Source: Geobacteraceae bacterium (GTDB lineage Bacteria; Desulfobacterota; Desulfuromonadia; Geobacterales; Pseudopelobacteraceae). Taken from it: a DNA stretch of 64,000 nucleotides. Shown here piece after piece: positions 1 through 10,100 of the stretch; the first letter of the stretch is position 1, and each line of letters opens with the position of its first letter. The position numbers were made by a program, and so were the translations under genes. The notes under the pieces are model-generated. The model searched no databases and was not told the origin of the DNA. It saw only the letters and a list, made by a program, of their open reading frames with translations. Location of the stretch: NCBI GenBank assembly GCA_025355965.1, contig JANXYR010000075.1, positions 6,712 through 70,711 on the forward strand, in the 5' to 3' direction.

Positions 1-1
1 T

Positions 2-982
2 AATAGTGAGAGCGGACTTCTTACAACAACAGTTGCAGGAAGAATCCGTGTTTTTAATCCATATGCTGAAGCTGTTACTTGGCTGAGTCAGTCTGATGCT
101 TATGATAAACATATCGAAACTGTATTCCCTCAGATAGCCGAGCATATCAATCAGAACAATAACTCAACAAAACTGGAATTTGAATATCATTCATTTGTAG
201 GTACCACGATGATTTTGGGGTGCCGTATTGCCCCATTTAATGACAGTGAAGGAATACTTGTCGGTTATATTATTAATTTTAGGGATATTTCAAATATCCG
301 GAGTATGGAAGCAGCATTGAAAAAGGCCGATAGGCTCGTGGCGTTAGGTGAACTTTCAGCGAGAATGGCACATGAAATACGCAATCCGCTTGCGGCATTG
401 TGTGGGTCAGTACAGCTGCTTTCCGGTAGTACAAGCATTGAAGAACATGATGAACGGCTTTTGGCAATTGTTACCCGTGAAGCTGAACGACTGGATGCGC
501 TGATATCTGAATTTCTGATGTATGCCCGTCCCGCTGCGCCACAGTTGGCACAAATTAACCTGCATGAATACATAGAAGAAGACTTTATTTTCCTTAATCA
601 AGACCCCCGTTTTGTGAATATAACACTACAGAATCTTGTGCCTAAAGCGGTTGTAGTGTCTGTAGATCCAGATCAGCTACATCAGGTCATCATCAATTTA
701 TTGCAAAATGCCGCCGATGCAGTATCAGAGGGGGGATGGGTCCGGGTTGAATGTAGTGAAACTTTTGCCACAGTCAGTATAAGCATAACTGATAACGGAT
801 CCGGAATAGCAAAAAATGATGCGCAACACCTCTTCGAACCTTTCTGGACAACTAAACCAACTGGAACAGGACTTGGCCTGGCAATCAGTTACCGCATTAT
901 TGAAGCTCACGGTGGGATCCTATCCGTAGAATCACCCCCTGCCGGTGGCTGCAAATTCGTCATTAAGCTGCCGGTTCTTTAA
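2..982 (+). CDS. Sensor histidine kinase, N-terminus cut by the window edge (PAS-like region + HisKA + HATPase_c)
   Basis: The frame of ORF 209..982 stays open back to nt 2. I translated it by hand (NSESGLLTTTVAGRIRVFNPYAEAVTWL...) and found no stop, so the ATG at 209 is internal. H-box SARMAHEIRNPL, N-box LLQNAADA, G-boxes DNGSGI and GTGLGLAI. Confidence 0.85.
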   Translation, partial: NSESGLLTTTVAGRIRVFNPYAEAVTWLSQSDAYDKHIETVFPQIAEHINQNNNSTKLEFEYHSFVGTTMILGCRIAPFNDSEGILVGYIINFRDISNIRSMEAALKKADRLVALGELSARMAHEIRNPLAALCGSVQLLSGSTSIEEHDERLLAIVTREAERLDALISEFLMYARPAAPQLAQINLHEYIEEDFIFLNQDPRFVNITLQNLVPKAVVVSVDPDQLHQVIINLLQNAADAVSEGGWVRVECSETFATVSISITDNGSGIAKNDAQHLFEPFWTTKPTGTGLGLAISYRIIEAHGGILSVESPPAGGCKFVIKLPVL

Positions 983-999
983 CTTCAATTACTATTCTG

Positions 1000-1028
1000 A
1001 TTTCATTCACTCACTTTAATGAAATTTT
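1000..1028 (+). terminator. Weak AT-rich hairpin plus short T-run after the kinase gene
   Basis: atttcatt (1000-1007) pairs with aatgaaat (1018-1025), followed by ttt. The stem is AT-only and therefore weak. Confidence 0.3.
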
Positions 1029-1059
1029 AAGCAGCACTATTTACAGGAAGGCAGCACGT

Positions 1060-1809
1060 ATGATCCATAAACTGATTCTCAATAAAAAATTGATGTTGAT
1101 GACGCTGGTTTTAATCTCGCTTGTACTCTACGGTATGGACTACGTGCTGATTGGCAGCGCAAAAGAATTAACAATCTGGTTCCTGGGTAACCTTGCTTTC
1201 TTGCCTGTTTATGTCATCATCGTTACATTGATGATTGAACGGGTATTGAAGGAGAGAGAGCGTCAGGCAGTCATGAGGAAGCTGAATATGGTTATCGGGG
1301 TTTTCTTCAGTGAAGTGGGTAATCGCCTTCTCAAGGAGTTGTCGGCGTATGTTGTTTCCTGTGATGAACTGAAACACCATTTATTGGTTAATGGGGCATG
1401 GAGGGAACAGGAGTTTTCTACGGCACTTGAATATTTGCGGAAAAGCGACATTAAAATTGAGTCGAGCCGTTGTGAAAAGCTTGGCCTTAAGAGGTTTCTT
1501 GTCGAAAAGCGCGGTTTTCTGGTCAGTTTGCTGGAAAACCAGAACCTGCTTGAGCATGAAGAGTTTACCGACCTGCTCTGGGCTGTTTTCCATCTGGTGG
1601 AAGAGCTTGAAGCGCGGGATACGTTTGAAAATATGCCGCAGAGCGACGTTGATCATATTAATGGAGATATCAAGCGGGTTTTTGGGCATCTTTCCAGCGA
1701 ATGGGTTATGTACATGCAGCATTTGAAGCAAGACTACCCGTACCTTTTCTCCCTGGCTGTTCGCCTTAACCCGATGATAGATTCACCCGATCCCGCCGTT
1801 TACTCATGA
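1060..1809 (+). CDS. Hypothetical membrane-anchored protein (two N-terminal TM helices plus a cytoplasmic helical domain)
   Basis: 249-aa ORF with AGGAAGG 7-8 nt upstream of the ATG. Hydrophobic N-terminus (LMLMTLVLISLVLYG, LGNLAFLPVYVIIVTLMI). I do not recognise a family. Confidence 0.6.
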   Translation: MIHKLILNKKLMLMTLVLISLVLYGMDYVLIGSAKELTIWFLGNLAFLPVYVIIVTLMIERVLKERERQAVMRKLNMVIGVFFSEVGNRLLKELSAYVVSCDELKHHLLVNGAWREQEFSTALEYLRKSDIKIESSRCEKLGLKRFLVEKRGFLVSLLENQNLLEHEEFTDLLWAVFHLVEELEARDTFENMPQSDVDHINGDIKRVFGHLSSEWVMYMQHLKQDYPYLFSLAVRLNPMIDSPDPAVYS

Positions 1810-1816
1810 TATTCCA

Positions 1817-1844
1817 CAAAAAAGCCCCATTGATGCCTCAAGGG
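1817..1844 (-). terminator. Putative rho-independent terminator of the pfa-ole operon
   Basis: Read on the minus strand: CCCTTGA-ggca-TCAA(T)GGG hairpin followed by GCTTTTTT (plus-strand A-run 1818-1823). It lies directly downstream of the PPTase stop. Confidence 0.45.
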
Positions 1845-1868
1845 AATGTGTTATTTTCCTTCCGCTGT

Positions 1869-2549
1869 TTATGATTGAATATTGTGGATAATCGGAGCGG
1901 AACCTTTTACTGCAAGCGCGGCACAATAACCTTCCGAAACGATAATATCACACAGAAGCCAGTTGGAACTTTCGTCAGGTGCGGTAAATGTGGCAGGGCT
2001 ATCCGGGGCAAGGCTGGCATCAAAGTTGTTTGAAGCCAAGGTAAATCCTATTCCACAAGCTTTCAGATAAGCTTCCTTGCGTGTCCAACATCTATAAAAA
2101 GCACCCCTTTGTTGATGGTCAGGAAGGGCAAACAGTTCTTTCTGTTCACGTGGGGAGAAAGCGAGTCGGGCCATATCAGGAAATGGAATGTCATTGCGTA
2201 GCAGTTCTATGTCAATGCCAACTTCCCGGTTTGCGGCAACTGCCAGAATAAATAAGGTGCCTGAATGTGACAGATTGAAGTGCAGTTGGTCGTTGTTGGC
2301 TGCAAGATATGGTTTACCCTGTTTACCCACCGCAAAACGAAGTTCCTCTGGCTTTACCCCCAGATATTCCCCAAGAATTTCTCGCAACAGGGCGCGACCA
2401 GCTATGAAACTATTTCGTTTATCTGGATCAAGCAGACGATCAGCTCTCAAGATCTCATCTGAAGATAGATAACGTGTGACTCCAGTTGCAAGAGGCAGGC
2501 AATGGATGTGTACTTCGTTATCCTCTGGCCATGAAAACGGAATCAACAC
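1869..2549 (-). CDS. pfaE: Sfp-type 4'-phosphopantetheinyl transferase (PfaE-like)
   Basis: Motifs FNLSHSG, GIDIE and WTRKEAYLKA. GTG start overlapping the oleD stop (GTGTTGA). Last gene of the operon. Confidence 0.85.
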   Translation of the reverse strand: MLIPFSWPEDNEVHIHCLPLATGVTRYLSSDEILRADRLLDPDKRNSFIAGRALLREILGEYLGVKPEELRFAVGKQGKPYLAANNDQLHFNLSHSGTLFILAVAANREVGIDIELLRNDIPFPDMARLAFSPREQKELFALPDHQQRGAFYRCWTRKEAYLKACGIGFTLASNNFDASLAPDSPATFTAPDESSNWLLCDIIVSEGYCAALAVKGSAPIIHNIQS

Positions 2550-3538
2550 TTACCCTCTAGAAACGATTGTCGTAAAAGCTCCAGACCTTCATTAATTGAA
2601 ATCTCCGGATGGTAGCCGAAATCGCGACGGGCAGCCTCAATGTTGAACCAATGGGCGCTGGCAAGCTCGTGGGCCACAAAGCGCGTCATGGGTGGCTCGC
2701 CAGAAAGACGCAGCAGACTCCAAAACCCTTCACAGAGGCAACCGGCGGCGTATGCCAGTTTTGGTGAGATAGAGCGTGTTACCGGAGGGATTCCGGCCGT
2801 CGCGAGAATCCGATTTACCATCTCCCAGAGTGGTAGTGGTTCGTTGTTGCTGATGAAGTAGCTCTTGCCAGCCACGATACTGTCGGGAAAAAGTCTGTCG
2901 GCTGCCAGCAGATGGGCGCGGGCGGCGTTGTCTACGTAAACCGTGTCCACCAGATTGGGACGTGTGCCAATACGGCGCAGTTTGCCTGCACGCCCTTTGG
3001 CGACAATGCGTGGAACCAGATGATTGTCACCGGGCCCCCAGATTAGATGAGGTCTTAGGGCCGTAACTGACAGTTTCTGTGAGTTAGCCTCCAGCACCAA
3101 CTGCTCGGCAAGCGCCTTTGTTGCGGGGTAGTTGGCCTCGAAGCGTGGTGGATAGGGGAGTGATTCATCGCCACCTTCCACGTCACTGCCGTCGAAAATG
3201 ACGCTGGGAGAACTCGTGTAGACTAGTCTGCCGATGCCATTGCTGCGACATGCCGCCAGGACATTTTCGGTACCGACCACGTTGGCTTGGTAGAAGTCAT
3301 TGTAACTTCCCCAGATGCCGGCCTTGGCCGCCGCGTGAAAAACGATATCGCAACCGCTTGCCGCCTTGATCACCGCATCCCGGTCAGCAAGATCGCCCTG
3401 AAATTGTTCCACGCCCATCTTTGCCAGGGCAGGGTGCTCACTACGGGAGAAGCTGCGTACCTGGTCACCCCGTTCACGCAGCATTCGCACAATAACCCCG
3501 CCTAAAAAGCCACCACCACCTGTTACAAGCGCCTTCAT
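2543..3538 (-). CDS. oleD: NAD(P)-dependent 3-beta-hydroxysteroid dehydrogenase-family reductase, OleD-like
   Basis: N-terminal Rossmann motif VTGGGGFLGG and SDR-extended style sequence. ATGA overlap with oleC. Position matches the fourth gene of an oleABCD set. Confidence 0.8.
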   Translation of the reverse strand: MKALVTGGGGFLGGVIVRMLRERGDQVRSFSRSEHPALAKMGVEQFQGDLADRDAVIKAASGCDIVFHAAAKAGIWGSYNDFYQANVVGTENVLAACRSNGIGRLVYTSSPSVIFDGSDVEGGDESLPYPPRFEANYPATKALAEQLVLEANSQKLSVTALRPHLIWGPGDNHLVPRIVAKGRAGKLRRIGTRPNLVDTVYVDNAARAHLLAADRLFPDSIVAGKSYFISNNEPLPLWEMVNRILATAGIPPVTRSISPKLAYAAGCLCEGFWSLLRLSGEPPMTRFVAHELASAHWFNIEAARRDFGYHPEISINEGLELLRQSFLEGKC

Positions 3539-5175
3539 GAAAGTTTATTCTTCGCCCAGCCAGCCAGTTTTTCTCTGAATATCTTGGCATTATGGCGGAT
3601 ATCAACCGGGAAAGCTGAATGAAAGAGGATATCGCGTATATTTTTGGTGTGAGGATAGTGGCTGCCCAGTTGAAGGAGCTCTTTGCGGATCAGCTCTTGT
3701 TCCGGTTTCCCACACTTTGTCTCCAACTCCACGCAGAGTACCGGCTGCTGTCTTCCGATTGAACCCAATCCAACTAACGCCGTGCGGAAGACCTTTGGAT
3801 GTGTATTGAATACTCCTTCCACCGGGATGGTGAAGAGGGTGCGCTGAGATGTAACCACACGGTGGGCCTTTCGGCCACAGAACCAGACCCGGCCTGTGTT
3901 GTCCAGATATCCGATATCACCCATGCGGTGCCAGACACCGCCGGACGAATCGGGAATCTTGGCCATTATGGTCGCTTCGGGACGGTTCAGATAGGAATGG
4001 CTGACCTGTGGACCGCGCACGGCTATCTCGCCAACCTCCCAGGTGGGCAGTGCCAAGTCGTCGCTCCATGTTTCAACCGGGCTGTCGGTGATCGGAATGA
4101 TTCTCAGGGTGATGCTCTTCACCGGCCGTCCGACACAGACACCATGCCCTTCGCCGGTCATTGCTCCGGTTTCACAGATAACCTCGTTGCTGCCGATAGA
4201 ACTGACCGGTAGCGCCTCGGTTGCACCATATGGCGTAAAAATCTCTGCATCTTCAGGCAGCATGGCCGCGAAACGTTCCAGTACCGAAGCCGGAACCGGC
4301 GCACCGGCAGAAATCACCCGTTTGAGATTCGGCAGTTTGATTCCGTGCTTTGCGGCGTAGCGTCCAACACGATTCAGAAGCGCCGGGGAGCCAAACATGG
4401 TTGTGGCGGAATATTCGGCGGCAGGTCCAAGAATTCGGCGGGGATTAACGGTTCCGGGGCGGGTGAAATCCATCTGGGGAATCAGGGCGGTCATACCCAG
4501 GGCCGGTGCAAACAGTGCGAACAGTGGAAAAGTGGGCAGGTCAATCTCGCCAGGGCGGATATCGTACAGCTCTCGCAGGGTATCAACCTGTGCCGCAAAG
4601 GTGCCATGGGTATAGACGGCGCCTTTGGGCGGGCCGGTGCTGCCGCTGGTAAAAAGTATGGCGGCCATGTCGTCGCAGAGGGTATCTGCGGGGAAAAATG
4701 GCAGGTCACCGATCTCGGCTCTGCGCACCTCCGTCAGCGATACTCCTCCCCAGTGGGCACCTCCACCGACTACAACAGTAAGGCGGATGCTCCTGCGCCC
4801 CCAACCTAGGAGGCGCCGCGCCACATGCGCCTTGGGAATCCCAATGAAAGCTTCCGGCTCGGCTTCAGTCAGACACCCCTTCATGTTGAGGGCACCAATG
4901 CCCGGATCAATAAATACTGGCACAGCACCGATTTTGAAGAGAGCAAAAGTCAGGGCGAACAGTTCAGGGGATGGCGGCACTAGCAGGGCGGTCTTCATTC
5001 CCCGTCCGATGCCGATGCGCAAAAGTCCACGTGCAATACGATCACTTTCCTGGTCCAGTTCCCGAAATGTTAGGGTGCGACTTTTCTGTGGGAAAATAAT
5101 TGCGGGTGTATCAGGTTGCAGCTTGGCCATCTCGGTCAGCGGGCGGGAGATATTGACGACGTTGGATGAGTTCAT
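3535..5175 (-). CDS. oleC: AMP-dependent synthetase/ligase family protein, OleC-like (beta-lactone synthetase)
   Basis: Adenylate-forming motif ILFTSGSTGPPKGAVYTH. 546 aa, located between the OleB-like and OleD-like genes. Confidence 0.85.
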   Translation of the reverse strand: MNSSNVVNISRPLTEMAKLQPDTPAIIFPQKSRTLTFRELDQESDRIARGLLRIGIGRGMKTALLVPPSPELFALTFALFKIGAVPVFIDPGIGALNMKGCLTEAEPEAFIGIPKAHVARRLLGWGRRSIRLTVVVGGGAHWGGVSLTEVRRAEIGDLPFFPADTLCDDMAAILFTSGSTGPPKGAVYTHGTFAAQVDTLRELYDIRPGEIDLPTFPLFALFAPALGMTALIPQMDFTRPGTVNPRRILGPAAEYSATTMFGSPALLNRVGRYAAKHGIKLPNLKRVISAGAPVPASVLERFAAMLPEDAEIFTPYGATEALPVSSIGSNEVICETGAMTGEGHGVCVGRPVKSITLRIIPITDSPVETWSDDLALPTWEVGEIAVRGPQVSHSYLNRPEATIMAKIPDSSGGVWHRMGDIGYLDNTGRVWFCGRKAHRVVTSQRTLFTIPVEGVFNTHPKVFRTALVGLGSIGRQQPVLCVELETKCGKPEQELIRKELLQLGSHYPHTKNIRDILFHSAFPVDIRHNAKIFREKLAGWAKNKLS

Positions 5176-6095
5176 TAATCCTGCTCCGTCCGGACAAGAA
5201 AAGCAGAGATCAACGGTATGATCTCATCTTTGGCATCTTCAAGAATATAATGCCCGCAATCCGCGTAGCTGTGGACTTCGGCATTTGGGAAACGCTCCTG
5301 CCACTCTTTCAAGAAATTCTTGTCGAAGACGAAATCCAGCTCACCCCAGCATATCAGCATCGGTAAATTACGAAACTGCCCGATCCCGGCTGCTACGGAG
5401 GAAACAAGATCATAGGTTCGGTCGCTTGGTGATAATGGGATATCCTGTACGAAACGGAGGGTGGCGATGCGGTTCTTCCAAGAGTCGTAGGGGAGTTGAT
5501 AGAGAGCGCGCAGTTTGGCGCCCATTGGGTTGCGTTTGCAGCCAACAAGCGAGGCGCCAACGCTGAATGCATTGAATCTGCGTACGAGAAGCGTGCCGAG
5601 CACGGTATCCCTGCAGATACGCAGTCCGAGCGGAAATCGTTTTGTTTTGGGAAGGTGGAACGCGCCGGTATTGAGAATCACCAGTCGTTTTATCCGTTCG
5701 GGGTGACGCACGGCATAGGCCATGCCGATCATGCCGCCCCAATCGTGGACTACCAGGGTTATGTTCTCTGTAACCCCAAGCTGCTCAAGGAGCTTCTCCA
5801 GATCATCGACCCGGCGCGAAAGGGTATAGTCATAGCGGTCATCGTCCGGCTTGTCCGACAGGCCGCAGCCGATATGGTCAGGGACGATGCAGCGGTAACG
5901 ATCTCGAAGCGCCAGCACAAGGTTGCGATAATAGAAGGACCATGAGGGGTTGCCATGCACCATTACCACCGGTGTACCTGCACCTTCATCCAGATAGTGA
6001 TAGTTGAGGCTTGCCCTGGGCGTAGTCGAAGGGGCATTAAGGTTAAGGCACTTTCCGCTGAATGGATATTCCTTTTTCAGTACACCGTTTACCAT
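5175..6095 (-). CDS. oleB: Alpha/beta-hydrolase (haloalkane-dehalogenase-like), OleB-like
   Basis: YHYLDEGAGTPVVMVHGNPSWSFYYRN and nucleophile-elbow-type VVHDWGG. Overlaps both oleA and oleC. Confidence 0.85.
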   Translation of the reverse strand: MVNGVLKKEYPFSGKCLNLNAPSTTPRASLNYHYLDEGAGTPVVMVHGNPSWSFYYRNLVLALRDRYRCIVPDHIGCGLSDKPDDDRYDYTLSRRVDDLEKLLEQLGVTENITLVVHDWGGMIGMAYAVRHPERIKRLVILNTGAFHLPKTKRFPLGLRICRDTVLGTLLVRRFNAFSVGASLVGCKRNPMGAKLRALYQLPYDSWKNRIATLRFVQDIPLSPSDRTYDLVSSVAAGIGQFRNLPMLICWGELDFVFDKNFLKEWQERFPNAEVHSYADCGHYILEDAKDEIIPLISAFLVRTEQD

Positions 6096-7132
6096 TCGGC
6101 CCCCAGCATCAGGCAGTTAAGTCCGCTGCCGATCCCGAGGAAAGCCACCTTGTCGCCAGCTTCCAGAATGTCGCGCTCATCGGCAATTGCGGCCGTCAGC
6201 GGCAGGGAAACGGAACCCATGTTGCCGAGATATTCGTAGGTTGTGAAATCCTTTTCGGCGGGGATGTCGAGAGTTTTGAGAATAGCGCTTTGGTGGGCGG
6301 AACCGACCTGGTGGCAGATCACCTGGTCAACATCCTCCGTGCGCCATCCCACCTGCGGAAGGAATGCATCCCAAGTGCGGCGGCCCAGTTCGACACCGTA
6401 GTTCATGACATTGACCCCATCCGTTGACATGGATTGAAGGTAGCCACCTTTGCCGTCCGGGGTGATGCCCCAGAGACAGAGCCGGTGATGCTCCGGGGCT
6501 GACTGGGTGATGCCGCCAAGCAGCTGGCGCCGCGAAGCTCCGGAGAAGGAGCCGTCTGTCAGCAAGATTGCCACAGCACCGGAACCACCGGTCAGGGTAG
6601 CCAATGAGGCGGCAAAGTGCTGCATCGTCCGCTCTTCAAGCATTCTGGCGATCATGATGTCATTGATCTCGCGGGCGCTCTCGCAGGAAACCACCAAGCC
6701 GGCCTTAATCTGACCCAGTTCGATCCGGTTCGCCACATCGAGAATTCCATTCAATACCCCAAGACAGGCATTAGAGAGGTCAAATACGGCAGCCTTGCCG
6801 CCTATGCCGAGTCCGGCAGCGATGCGACAGGCGGTGGCCGGTTCGAATTGTTCACGGCAGACCCCTGCGTATATCAGAGCTCCGATCTCATCAGAAGAAA
6901 TACCGGCGGAAAGCAGTACCTTTCTGGCAGCAGCAATGGCACCATAGGAAAGCGGATAACCCGGTTCCCACCAGCGCCGTTCCCGAATTCCGGTCAGGGC
7001 CTGCAGTTGTCCCGGTGCAATACGCAGGTAACGGTACAGCGGTTCCAGGCGGGATTCCAGTTCGGTCGAGGTAACAACAACCGGTGCCAGTTCATATCCC
7101 ATTGCCTCAATGGTAACTTTACGGTACTTCAT
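6089..7132 (-). CDS. oleA: Thiolase-fold FabH-like condensing enzyme, OleA-like
   Basis: 347 aa with active-site context DLSNACLG. The start overlaps the pfaC stop (TAATG). The OleA-rather-than-FabH call rests on the oleBCD context. Confidence 0.8.
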   Translation of the reverse strand: MKYRKVTIEAMGYELAPVVVTSTELESRLEPLYRYLRIAPGQLQALTGIRERRWWEPGYPLSYGAIAAARKVLLSAGISSDEIGALIYAGVCREQFEPATACRIAAGLGIGGKAAVFDLSNACLGVLNGILDVANRIELGQIKAGLVVSCESAREINDIMIARMLEERTMQHFAASLATLTGGSGAVAILLTDGSFSGASRRQLLGGITQSAPEHHRLCLWGITPDGKGGYLQSMSTDGVNVMNYGVELGRRTWDAFLPQVGWRTEDVDQVICHQVGSAHQSAILKTLDIPAEKDFTTYEYLGNMGSVSLPLTAAIADERDILEAGDKVAFLGIGSGLNCLMLGAEW

Positions 7133-10100
7133 TAGTTATTCTCCATACATACTGTAAAATTATTCATCTGATAGATTAACTTTCCGTCGACAGCAAGAAA
7201 GCCATCTGCAGTCAAAATGCGCTGCTGTTCATCCACGGCGGTGACCCATGCACTTACCGTTACCCGGCTGTTGGTCGGTACGACTTGGCCGCGATACAGC
7301 CAGCTGTGTTTATGATTCAGTGCCACGGCAGAAATAATATTGCCGTCCTGCCATCCCCAGCGTTCTACGGCGGCAAACTTGACAAGCTGTATAAAGGATT
7401 CAAGCCCTAGCGAACCGGGGGTAACTGGATCTTCGTAGAAGTGCGCTTTGAAGAACCATTCGTTCGGATCGACATCCTTGATGCCTAGGATGTAGCCGAG
7501 TCCTTGCGGTCCGCCGTCAGGTACGAACAGCTCGATCCGATCGATCATGCGCAGCTGCTTTTCAGGGAAAGGTGCAGTTTCAGGGTAGGGTAGGCTTCGG
7601 CCACGCTCTGTCTCCTCCGGAGTCGGCTGGTATGGTTTCGCATCGCGGATGCCAACCTGGTTGGCCAGAGCCTCTTTGGCGAAGAAACCGAACATGGTAT
7701 CCCCTTTGTAGAGGATTCCGTTCCGGTCGGCCACGCTGAAATCGAACTCCTGAATGATCATGCCGCCACTGGTGGCGACCTTTTTCATCGTGGCGCTGCA
7801 GGTCAGGACACCGCTCTTCGGAGTCACCACCCGGTGCTGAACGGCGGTGCCTCCAAGGTTGCGGAAAGAGATATCGCTCGGGCTGGTCAGGGCTGAACCC
7901 ACATAGGCGGCCAGCCAGCCGCACGGCTGCAGGGCCGCTTCCAGCAGGACGGCAAAGGGCATACGCGCCTGACGCTCGGCGGCAAAGAACCAGGCATCGG
8001 TCGGCAGATCGTATTGAGCTTCAACCATGGCCCCGGCTGTCATCTGCCAAGGTTCGCCGCGTACGGCTGTAACGCGGTCCATGAACTGGAAGGGAGGTCC
8101 CGGCAAGCGGGCAATCTTGCGGCCGGCGTCAAAAATACGGTAGCGCTCACCGAAACCTTCGGAAGGGTTGCCGTTGCTGTAGGCCAGGATCTGCTCTTTG
8201 GTGTAGATGGCCGGTTTTATCCCCTCACCCCGGCCCTCTCCCGCTGGGAGAGGGGGAAAAGCAGACCAGAGCGCCTGCAACTTTTCTTTAGTTGTCCCGG
8301 TCAGGCGGGCCGACATGCTGGTGATCTCCACGATCGGCTTGCCGTCGGCATACATGAGCGCGTCACAGATGACGTAAGGCTCGGGTCGGTAGCCGATTTC
8401 ACGGATTGTGACCTCATAGGTGACAACCTTGGTGTTCTCCAACACCTGTCCCCGGCAGCAGAGTTTGCTGGCCACACCCGGCACCGGTTCCCATACGGAA
8501 TCCTGAGATTCAGCCACCCAACCAAGCCGCAGCAGGTAAACCCGCAGGGTATGCATGCAGCATTCGTACATCAGAGTTCCCGGCATGACCCGGTCATCAA
8601 CAAAATGACAGGTAATAAACCAGTCGTCGGGGTGAATATCGGCCTCGGCCCGGATGATGCCGATGCCGCAACGCCCACCGTTCGGATCGATCTCGTTGAC
8701 ACGGTGCACCAGGCGCATCCTGCCGCCAGGAATCGTCAATGGGCGTGCAAGGGAAAGAGCGGCGAACAGCGAACCGAAACAGCCAGCAAGATCACCTTCC
8801 CGCAACCGGTCGAGCTGCACTGCATCATACCCCTCGCGTGTCATCGACACCAGCTCCTGCCAGTCAGCGGGGCGGATGCCGGCCGTGGGGCGCAGATCCA
8901 GCGCCGGTCGTACGATGCCTTTCCCGGCATCAAGCTCTTGCTGGCTGAAGAAACCGGCGCAGCCGTCGCGCATTGACAACAGCGGCTGCCCATTAACCGT
9001 GGCCTCGAAGAAGAAGCGGAACAGCCAGGTGTCCCCCTGACGGAAGAACCGCTCGATATGAATATCGTAATGGATCGTTTCGCCCGGACCGGGCAGGCGG
9101 CGATGGAAGGTGACCACAGCGTCGAGCAGTCGGTAGACCGCAAGGCCGCGGGTGATAAAGTCGATTCCGAGATATCCGGAAAGAAACAGGTCTGCCTGAC
9201 CCGCCTCAACGGCAATACAGGTCGGGATGCGTCCACCGTCCAGATACCAGGCGTTCGGGTGGATGTCATGCTCGGTGACGACACGGCCATGTGTCATTGA
9301 TCGTGCCTCACCCTCGACGGATATAATCCTGTCCACCAGCATGAGAGGTTCGTCCGGCAGGCGCACCCTGGTCGGGAAGCTATCGGCTTCGGCAAATTCA
9401 GAGCCCAACATGCGGGCAACCGAGCCGATCGCGAACTCCATGCAGAGGTTGCGGTTAAAAGCAACGAGTGGCGCAGTGGGGATGTTTCTGCTTCGCTCGC
9501 CAGCAGTGTTCTGGGCGTAATCGAGCGGTACATCATCGCCTAAGGCCTGCCGCAAGGTCATTTCCAGCTCCATAGCCTGGGCCATGGATTGGCTAACAAC
9601 CTCACTGAAGTCGAGAAAGGCCTTGTGCGCCCGGATCTGTTCCTGCTGCGCCCGGGCAAATTCATCCAAAAGCGAATCAGTAACGCTTTTGATCACATCT
9701 CCATGGGGGAGATGTTTGTCCTGAGCGAAGTCGAAGGATTTCGGTTGGTGAGGTGGTATCTTTAATGATGCCACCGGGAGTGGCGGATGAAACGACATTC
9801 CCCCTATAGATACCTTGACCGTGGCCGTTTTCGTGTTTGTATGAGTTTCAATATGCGGCTCATCAAATAACGGGGCCAGATCTAGCGGTACCCGCTCGGC
9901 AATCAGATTGGCTAACAATCTCAAGATGATGGAAACAGAATCCTGTCCGGCAAAGCAGGCTGAACGGGCCAGATGTGGCCGGTCACCCAGAATACGTCCG
10001 ATCATGCGGCTGCAGGATGCTCCCGGGCCCATTTCGAGGAACAGGCGCACACCGTTGCTGTATGCCGATTCGATCACCGCCGGGTAGTCAATGCCGTGCA

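Noticed and set aside
6089-7132. Alternative reading of the OleA-like gene as ordinary FabH (KAS III) priming the Pfa synthase.
   Set aside because: Not fully excluded. However, the gene is followed without gaps by the diagnostic OleB (alpha/beta-hydrolase), OleC (adenylate-forming) and OleD (3-beta-HSD family) trio, which is the defining ole context.
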